Positions 56,473 to 64,000 of a DNA stretch of 64,000 nt are shown piece after piece. Location of the stretch: assembly GCA_039621445.1 (NCBI GenBank), contig CP154954.1, forward strand, positions 11,464,716-11,528,715, given 5' to 3'. Each line of letters begins with the position of its first letter. The stretch's first letter is position 1. The notes beneath the pieces are model-generated. The model made no database searches, was not told where the DNA came from, and saw nothing but the letters and a program-made list of their open reading frames with translations. The position numbers and the translations under genes were made by a program. This stretch comes from Euglena gracilis (lineage: Eukaryota).

Positions 56473-58183
56473 GTATGTATATACATGTATATATATTGTA
56501 ATACATAAATAGATAAAAACAAAAATGTTAACAAGTCTGGGACTGTGAGACACCCCTGAAAAACATGAGCAGAGCCGTCGTAATTCATAAAAACCAACAC
56601 CCAATCCAATGTGATGTCGATCAAACTGAAATCCCAATATAAAACGCCCCTGGGGCTGGTTTCTGGAAACGTTAATGAACCACACTGGCGTCCTAGACAT
56701 GGGGGAGGATTTATCCATCTCCCATGGACTCTGCCCAAAATCAGCAGGATAAATAATTTACTTCCATTTCTTCGAGTAGATAATCGAGCCTGGAGAAACT
56801 ACACTGCTTGTTTTGCACCAAGGGAGTCCAGCACATCAAGGAAACCCATACGCCAAAATGGAGCAAAAAGTGCAAAACTATCCACTCCAATTTTGGTGAT
56901 TCGATTTGCAGCCAGACGTGGCCCTTCTCAGGGCTGTTGTGGTGGACCGCTGGTCCAAGGAGCAGGCATTTGCTCTGAGCGCGCACACGCTTGGGCACTG
57001 GTGTGAGCACACATAATCAAGGGAAGCGTGGCTCTTCGCAGGGGGCCCCGGCCAGATGCCGGTCAAAACGACGCTCCACAGGTAGTCCTTCCACCGACAG
57101 GCCTGCCCCTGCTCATTGCAGTACCCGGGGGCATGGCCATGGGGTGAGGGGTTTTCCTACAAAAGAACTTTTACGAATAGATTCTGTCATGGCTTGTGCT
57201 GAATATCAGCTCCCCCCCGCAACAACGTGGTGGGATGCCACGTCACTGACGATATGTGTGCATATATGTATGCATGCATGCATGCATGCGTGCGTGTATG
57301 CATGCATGTAACCCCCCCCAAATAATAAACCCCCCCGGTTTATTATTTGGACACCCAAAGTCGGGGTCCAGGGGGGGGTTTATTATTTGGGGGGGTTTAT
57401 TATTTGGGCAAAAATTTCGAAGTCAAAATTAGACCCGAAAACCCCTCCACAGGCTCCAATGGTCACTTTTTTGGCATTTTTTGGGCTTTTTTGAAAACTG
57501 GGTGCTTTTTTGGCAGTTTTTTTGCACCAATTTGATCCATTTTTGTGATTTTTTGCAACATTTCTGCTAATTTTTGCACTTTTTTTATTTGCCCTCACAC
57601 CTGCCGGATGGGGGGGTTTATTATTTGGGCGGCCGAAGTCGGTCCTTAAGGGGGGGTTTATTATTTGGGGGGGGTTTATTATTTGGGGGGGGGGGTTATT
57701 ATTTGGGGGGGGGTTATGTACGTATGTATGTATGTATGTATGTATGCATGTATGTATGTATGTATGTATGTATGCATGTACGCATGTATGTATGCAGGCA
57801 TGTATGTATGCATGTATGTATGTATGCATGCATGCATGTATGTATGTATGTATGGATGGATGGATGTATGTATGCATATATGCATGCATGCATGCATGTA
57901 TGTATGTATGCATGTGCGTTTGTATGTTTGTGTGTGTGTATATATATGGCAGCCCGAAACTACTGCCCCCCCCCGGGGGGGGCCCAGTAGTTAATCCGGG
58001 GGGTCATAATAGTTTTTTTGCGTTAGTGATGGAATAGGGTTAGGTGCGCGACTTAGGCTTAGGGTTAAGCCTAACTTGTACACCGAACACCCGTCTATAA
58101 ATTAGGCCTAACCCTAAGCCTAAGTCGCGCACCTAACCCTATTCCATCATTAACGCAAAAAAACTATTCTGAACCCCCGGATT

Positions 58184-58246
<63 letters not shown>

Positions 58247-59080
58247 TGAATGCCTGATGTATGCATGAATGCATATGTATGACTACATATGCATTCATCC
58301 ATGGATGGTATGACTCCATCATACCATCCACCTGGGTTCACATCCCAGTTGATGACGTTGCAAAGAAGTCTGATGAGGATGTGCCAGGATCCTCTGTAGG
58401 CTCTGATCCTCTGCCCACCTTGACCACGCCCCCGTCCAAGCAGCGGTCGATCCGCTCATACTGCAAGTAAACACTGGTGAGCCTGGACGCTCTTACGTGA
58501 GATGCATCATCTTACCCATGTTTTCTGCTCTTTGTCAACCATGCGTCGTTATATTTCTTTTTTTGGTGGAAATTCCAGGATGGGTCGTTATAAATGGGGG
58601 GGGGGGTTCGTTATCAGAGGGGGGTCATTCTAAATGAGGGGGGGGTTTAGAAGTGTTTGTATAACCTGGCAAAAAAGTTGTTTTCAAAAACCTGCACCCC
58701 AGTTTGCTCCAGTTTGTAAAAGAGGCATTTCAGCACCACTGGCCAGTGTTTCACGGCAGTTTTTGGCGGAGGGGGGTGACTGTTACCTTCGGATGGTTCA
58801 CGAGAATTTGGTAGTAAATTTGTGTGCCATGTAAGTCAGTAAGCTTATGTGCTGTGGATGGTGCAGAAAACTACCATCTCCACCAAAAAGACACCCGTTT
58901 TTCTGTCAGCCAGGGGAGGGGGTCCAACTTGCACTTGGAGGAGGTCCACGGGTCAATAGGGAGGGGGGGGGGCTCCCAAAGTGCCCTAATCCAGAGGTCT
59001 CGGAGAGGTCTCAGAAAATCTACATATCAAACAGAGTATGCCTTGCTTGGGGGGATACACTCATACATACATACATGCAT

Positions 59081-59142
<62 letters not shown>

Positions 59143-59189
59143 TAGTACATATATATCCATGTACATGTATATGTACATACATAAAGAAA

Positions 59190-59223
<34 letters not shown>

Positions 59224-59309
59224 GTATCTTAGTACATACATACATACATATATATGTATGTATATATGTATATATTATATATACATGTACACATACATAC
59301 ATACACACC

Positions 59310-59356
<47 letters not shown>

Positions 59357-61455
59357 GGATGGATGTGTGTATATATATATACACACACACACATCCATAC
59401 AGTATATATGCATATATGGTAGTAGTAGTAATACCGACAAGCAAAACAGCATTAAAACAAAGTCACGGAAATACAAACAAAAGCGAGGCAGTGGAGACAG
59501 GGCAATAAATCCGCCGGGCTATACCACCAGCCATGGGTGAGGGTGCGGTTCACGTCGCGGCCGAACAGAATGGTGCTCAGCGTCAGGGAGTCCAGCTGGA
59601 GGTCGTCCAGGACCTCCGCTCCGCTGATGTTGGTGGGGAGGTACTTGTCCGGGGAGAGGTCGGGGGGCCAGGGGGGCTGGGCCACATCCAACAGCCTCCT
59701 GGCAGTCGGGGGGGGGGGGACGGACACCTCCAGCCTGAACCCAGACACCCCTGGCATATCGAGCCCGCCGACCCAAACAATTTCCCCTGTCATTGGATGC
59801 TGGACGGGGTGTGGATTTTTCTTTTGTCCTGCCACTCCCCACCTGACCAAAATCGGGGGGAGGGGCATAGGAAATCACCTGAAAACTTGAAATGCAAAAA
59901 ATGCAAAAAATGCCCAAAAATGTCAAAAATGAGCGGTTGCCAAAAAAATGTAACCCCCCCAAAATTGCATGTGATTTAATAAACCTCCACAGAATGCATT
60001 TTTTTGCTTCAAAGGGCTTCAAATCCCCCAATGTAACACAAACAGACAGTTTCTGGGTCAGTTGCTGGAAGTCTCCAGGTGGGTGTATCTTTTCAGGGGA
60101 AATATAAATATGCAATACAAAGAAATGCAAACAACAACAACGAAGAAGTGTAAGAAAATGCAAAAAAAATGCAAATTCTGTATAACTTCCTTCGGAATTG
60201 TAGGGTTGAATTAGGGTTGTAATCCTTCTGCTGGAGAGGACTTTGCAAAATATTCACTTCCTACAGGAAATGTTTTCACGTTGCAACATCATTTGGTGCA
60301 TGTGCATGCACCAAATTGCATTATTGGGGTTTGGTGCATGGTTCGGACAATTATTTGCACTTTTCTCAACCAGGTGCCTTGTGCTTTAGGGTGCCCTGGG
60401 GGGGTTTTGGTCCCGAAAGTGACGTGGTTGGTTTCCCCGGCTGCATTCGCTGAAATTTAATTATGGAACTGTGCAAATTCGACATTGGTCCAAAAAGTGT
60501 AGTACAGACTTTCAGTTATTGGTGGTGGATAAATTTGCCTGTGCAAATCCCCCCCAAAATCGGCGAGGCAGAATATGCAAAAAGTGCAGAAATGCAACTT
60601 TTCTCACTTTTTTTTTTATGATGAAAAAATGCAAATCATGTGGCTTATGTATTTCCCCCGATCTTTTCTTGAATGACCCCAGCACAAAAATACAGCATTT
60701 CTGGATTCCCAAAAACAAAAGAAAATGTTTTCCTGTGCCATGTGGTCGAAGGTGGCATTTCGGATGCTTTTACAAGTAACTCACTGTCCCTGATGCCTCA
60801 TGACTTTGGGTGGGTCTTAAATCTGGGTCTTCTTTTGGACATGAGCTCGGTCACCGCGCGGGCGGGGGGATCTGTTATATTTTTTTTTGCGGGTGGGGTG
60901 GGGGAGGGGTGCATTTTTCACCCTAGCGAAAATACTTGTTACTCCAGATTCATTAAACATTTTCAGCAAAAAAAAGGGAAGCATAAACAAAACAGTGATT
61001 TTTTTTAAAATTTTCCACAAGTCGTAAACCCTCCAAAAAGCCCAAAAACAAAACAGAATGAACAGAAACTTGCATAATGACAGGATTGACTGCCCAGTTT
61101 GCATGCTCCAACAGCAACAAATAACACAATATATACACCAACAATAACAATACAAAAATAATCAACAGAGGGGAATATGCAATTTCCAATTGTTTGGAAA
61201 CTCGGTACAAGAAATTTTTTTTTGGCTGGACGCCTGTTGTTCAATCTCACCCACCTTAGGGTCTTGGCGTGGTCTTGGGTGCCCAAAACTGACTGACATT
61301 CGACCCTTCCCCAAGCCAGTGGTCTCCAGTTTCGAGGCGGCGCCATGGGCCAGGGGGTCATGGCCCCCCTGGGCGATGCATGTGGCGGGGAGGACGAGGA
61401 GCAGGACCAGCACGCTGCTGGCCCGGTGGGAGAGGGCCCCACAGCACCCGGTCAT
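36700..61455 (-). CDS. Prominin/tweety-like five-transmembrane protein with signal peptide; multi-exon
   Basis: Exons approx. 61455-61375 (signal peptide), 59698-59525, 58482-58417, 58378-58332, 56415-56207 (TM1 [17 protein letters not shown] + CCCC), 55730-55615 and 55303-55207 (Cys-rich loop, TM2), 54259-54152, 53811-53740, 50320-50205 (TM3/4), 48245-48150 (TM4 + DDAC), 46320-46243, 44932-44863, 43758-43608 ([10 protein letters not shown]), 40089-40020, 38791-38678 (TM5). Tail exons are likely at ~37627-37584, ~36790-36700 and possibly ~34320-34140. The family call rests on topology only; several exons are missing or approximate. Confidence 0.65.
37652..38510. repeat. Tandem duplication, unit 436 bp
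   Basis: CAAATGCTTGATCTTTTGG... starts at 37652 and again at 38088; ORF translations repeat at an offset of 436. Confidence 0.95.
38678..38791 (-). CDS. Membrane protein exon (TM5)
   Basis: ag|[38 protein letters not shown]|gtgcgc. Confidence 0.8.
39208..39468. mobile_element. MITE, 261 bp, 8-bp TSD
   Basis: CAGGGCTTTTT ... AAAAACCCCTG; perfect TSD ATTGGGAA. Confidence 0.92.
40020..40089 (-). CDS. Membrane protein exon
   Basis: ag|[21 protein letters not shown]. Confidence 0.75.
40946..41189. mobile_element. MITE, 244 bp
   Basis: 15-bp perfect TIR CAGGGGTTTTCTTAA / TTAAGAAAACCCCTG; C8 on both flanks. Confidence 0.85.
42006..42252. mobile_element. MITE, 8-bp TSD
   Basis: CACGCTTGTGCTTA ... 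TAAGCACAAACCTG; flanks CTTGGGAC / CCTGGGAC (7/8). Confidence 0.85.
43251..43600. mobile_element. MITE immediately inside an intron 5' end
   Basis: Right end TAAACAATTGCCTG, degenerate left end; CACACGC on both flanks; AAAACCAGTCAGTCAC repeats shared with 51012-51348. Confidence 0.75.
43608..43758 (-). CDS. Membrane protein exon (Cys-rich loop 2)
   Basis: [50 protein letters not shown]. Confidence 0.82.
45908..46171. repeat. Compound (CA)n/(CACG)n microsatellite
   Basis: Direct reading. Confidence 0.95.
48150..48245 (-). CDS. Membrane protein exon (end of TM4)
   Basis: [31 protein letters not shown]. Confidence 0.8.
50205..50320 (-). CDS. Membrane protein exon (TM3 to TM4)
   Basis: [35 protein letters not shown]|gtgtgt; phase matches the next exon. 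Confidence 0.78.
50385..50649. mobile_element. MITE with internal tandem repeats; probably also an intron
   Basis: CAGGGGGG ... CCCCCCTG; flanks CGTCCAG / TGTCCAG (6/7); about 5 internal copies of TTTTCGAGAATTCG(A/G)AAAAA.CGCAAAATG. Confidence 0.8.
51012..51348. mobile_element. MITE, 337 bp, 8-bp TSD
   Basis: 14-bp perfect TIR CATACCATTGCTTA / TAAGCAATGGTATG; flanks GCTGGAAC / GCTGAAAC (7/8). Confidence 0.9.
53740..53811 (-). CDS. Membrane protein exon (loop 1)
   Basis: [24 protein letters not shown]|gtgagt; frame chosen on GC3. Confidence 0.6.
53817..54149. mobile_element. MITE coinciding with a whole nonconventional intron
   Basis: CAGGCTGCTTTTAAG ... CTTAAAAAAAAAAAGCCCCG; flanks GTCCAGCA / GTGCGGCA (6/8); termini shared with copies at 19766 and 55815-56038. 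Confidence 0.75.
54152..54259 (-). CDS. Membrane protein exon (loop 1)
   Basis: ag|[36 protein letters not shown]. Confidence 0.7.
55207..55303 (-). CDS. Membrane protein exon (TM2)
   Basis: [32 protein letters not shown]|gt. Confidence 0.82.
55615..55730 (-). CDS. Membrane protein exon (Cys-rich loop, start of TM2)
   Basis: [35 protein letters not shown]. Confidence 0.78.
55815..56038. mobile_element. MITE of the CAGGCTTCTTTTTAAG family
   Basis: CAGGCTTCTTCTTAAG ... CTTAAAAGAATAGCTG. Confidence 0.7.
56207..56350 (-). CDS. Membrane protein exon (TM1 and Cys cluster)
   Basis: [44 protein letters not shown]. Confidence 0.82.
57307..57718. mobile_element. MITE in a TATG/TGCA microsatellite (TA target, Tc1/mariner-like)
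   Basis: TAACCCCCCCCAAATAATAA ... TTATTATTTGGGGGGGGGTTA, with subterminal GGGGTTTATTATTTGG repeats. Confidence 0.75.
57947..58183. mobile_element. Foldback element with telomere-like arms, inserted in (TA)n
   Basis: TA|TGGCAGC end, AACTACTG/CAGTAGTT hairpin, then long near-perfect inverted arms ~57993-58065 / ~58108-58183. Relatives at 15901-16120 and 1500-3211. Confidence 0.85.
59062..59417. repeat. Degenerate (TA)/(CA)/(TACA) microsatellite
   Basis: Direct reading. Confidence 0.9.
59525..59698 (-). CDS. Membrane protein exon (extracellular N-terminal domain)
   Basis: [57 protein letters not shown]; strong GC3 bias; NIS and NRT sequons. Confidence 0.8.
61375..61455 (-). CDS. Membrane protein exon 1 (signal peptide)
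   Basis: [27 protein letters not shown]|gccCAG; CCCCCAG acceptor ~19 nt upstream of the ATG. Confidence 0.65.
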
Positions 61456-61911
61456 GGCTGCATGTGGCCGAGCCCTGGGGGCGAAGCAGGCGCGGTTGGA
61501 GGTAGGAGATATCACAGAAACACATAATATGTTACATATTATGTACAGATAAAAAATTGTGAATAATATCATATATATTATATATAATATTATATATTAT
61601 ATATATATTATCTATTATTACTACAATAATTCAATGTAATATATACATATATTTTATATGCACATACATATTGTACAATTATATATGTATGTATATTGTA
61701 TAATACATAATATATATACAAACTATAACACATAAATTTATTTATAATATATATTTTATTTATACATATTTAAATTCTACTACTAATTAATTTATAACTT
61801 ATATAATATATATAATATATATACTATATATAATATATAATATATATAATATATATAAAAAATAATATACATATACACACACACACACATATATATACAT
61901 ATATACATATA

Positions 61912-62437
61912 TGGTAGCTCCCCACTATATGGCCCCCCCAGGGGGGGCAAGAAGGGGGAGAAGGGGGGGGGGTAGTATGGTGGGACCCGCGTCCGACCTT
62001 CGGGGAAAGTCGGGGTTATTTTTTGGAATGGGGTTAGATGCGCGACCGGCGTACCGGAGGGCTCCCGTTTTGGGAAAGTTAGGGAGAATTTGGGCCGCAT
62101 TCCGGACGAATCGGGGCTGAATTGAGGCCAAATTTGGACGTTTTTAGGCAAAAATGCGTTTTCAAAAAACTTCCGAAAGGGGGACCTAACTTCCGGCCCA
62201 ACTTGGTACCCAAAATTGGCAGATTATCGGCGCGCCGATCCGAACCCTAACCCTATTCCCAAAATTAAGCGGGAACCCTTCCCGGATCCGCCGCCGGCGG
62301 GCCGGAAACCGCGCGTTCCCCTGGCACCGCGGGACCGAAAGGTCGAAACGTGGAACCCGGGTCCCACCATACGACCCCCCCCCTACTCCCCACTACTTGG
62401 CCCCCCCCTGGGGGGGCCACATAGTGAGGAGCTGCCG
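61912..62437. mobile_element. Long-TIR MITE in TA-rich DNA
   Basis: TA|TGGTAGCTCCCCACTAT...TATGGTGGGACCCG and CGGGTCCCACCATA...ATAGTGAGGAGCTGCCG|TA, ~80-90 bp imperfect TIR; internal AACCCTAACCCTA. Confidence 0.88.
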
Positions 62438-63324
62438 TATATTACATGATACACATGTATGATATGTGATTATAATATTTATTATGCAACATATAACATA
62501 GATTATTCAAAATATAATATATAGTGTATAAAATACAATATATAATACATAATATATATTTTTTTGCATAATATATAATACATAGTACGTAATACATGTT
62601 ATATATTATGATATATATTATTATTAGATGTCGTTACATTGTGTGTTTATTTGTTTATGTTATTTATTATGTTATATATTATGTTATATGTATTATGTGA
62701 AACATTTTTGTTATTACTTATATTATGGGTTGGGGGAGGCGGGCCGTGTGGGAGAGGTCCAGGGGAAGAATACCTAGAAGCGGATTACGCCCTCCCCCTC
62801 CCCCCCGGCACACAACGCCTGTTGTTAGCCCAATGTTGGGGTTAATGTGGCCAACGTTGCATTCCCCCCTCCCGGCAGCGTCCAACAGGAAAGGCCAGAG
62901 GAAGGGGGGATTGACTTGCCCCCCACTTGGGAGGTGGGGGGTTGGTCGGACTGCCATGGCTCCGCTCAGAAACACCTTCAACGGTGTTTGAACTCGGAAT
63001 TAGGGGCCTTGGAAACCAGGGGTGGGTGGTGGTTGACCCCCCACCACCCATCAGGTTTCGGGGATTCCCGTTTTCCTTGTGTCCCAGGGCTTTGAATGCC
63101 CAGCTTTCTTTTCGTCTTTTCTTTCTTGCCGTGTTGTTCCTCCACCCTGCGGTGGGTGCCTGCTCTTGGCAAGCACACACCAAAAGGCAGAGAAGGCTCG
63201 AGGACTTTGCAATGGTATTTCAAAACACAACTTGATCCAAAACCTGCACCCCCACCCACAACACAAGGTTCTGGTGATGGTTCCCGCCCCCCCCCCCCAA
63301 AAGTAGGTCCCCAGTCACTGTGCC

Positions 63325-63426
63325 ACTGCGGGCCGCTTGCTTGCTCCAACTGATTTGGGAGGTTTTGGGTAGCCCAGCCGGTGGCCTCGCCGCCAAGAGT
63401 GCAGCCCTCTTCTTGGGGCTGTTACT
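63325..63426 (-). CDS. Possible exon of a further upstream gene
   Basis: TTTTCAG followed by open GC-rich frame NSPKKRAALLAARPPAGLPKTSQISWSKQAARS; no recognisable motif. Confidence 0.25.
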
Positions 63427-64000
63427 GAAAATTCTGGGGGGTCTTATTTGGGGGGTGAGCAAAAACCTAACCCTAAATTATTGGATTTTTGCTGAAAACC
63501 CCGGCTGAAAGAAACGTCACGCAGGAGGGTCCAAAAACAGGTCCAACAAAGACGAATTCTGGCAACGAATAAACATTGCCAATTCTATAACATGCAACAG
63601 TGCTCATAATTAAAATAAAAAAAGGTCAAAAAACCACCCACAATTTGGTGGAGGAGTATTTTGGAATCCCCCCGAAATCACCATCATAATTTTGGGGGCA
63701 AATTTTTGGAAAGGTCCACTGTTTCTGAGGGAACTGGGGGCAGGCGAGGTTCGATACAACCGCCCCCCTCCAAATAAGACCCAGGTCTTATTTTGGGTCC
63801 GTTACTGGAAACTCCCAGGGGTTTTAATTTTTTGGGGGGATCTGCTCGATTGTCTGCTCGATTGGCCCGGAGGGGTCTTATTTTTGGGAAGAACCCAATC
63901 TTAGAGCTGGGTCCAGGCCTGAGCTACAGTCCAACTGGGTACCAGAAATTGAATCTGAAAAAAATGCACCAAAAGCGCCAATTGTGCAAAAAAATCGATC

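Overview
Eukaryotic nuclear DNA, most consistent with a photosynthetic euglenid (Euglena-like). The signs are short GC-rich exons, a mix of GT/GC-AG introns and non-GT-AG 'nonconventional' hairpin introns (N3-CAG...CTG-N5), a plastid-targeting leader with two hydrophobic segments, and abundant microsatellites. I reconstructed three co-oriented minus-strand genes by hand: a PSB33/TEF5-like Rieske-fold thylakoid protein (runs off the left edge), a REXO5/SDN5/Rex1-like DEDDh RNA exonuclease, and a five-TM prominin/tweety-like membrane protein. Most ORFs in the supplied track are spurious. Introns and spacers contain many short non-autonomous TIR elements from several families. Main observation: many of these MITEs have CA(G)...(C)TG ends and 7-8 bp target-site duplications. 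This is the same geometry as the nonconventional intron borders (3 nt + 5 nt outside the CAG/CTG stem = one 8-bp TSD). At least two introns appear to be whole MITEs whose removal restores the reading frame, which suggests a transposon-to-intron (introner-like) system. No autonomous transposase was recognised. All gene models and family assignments are manual and were not checked against databases.
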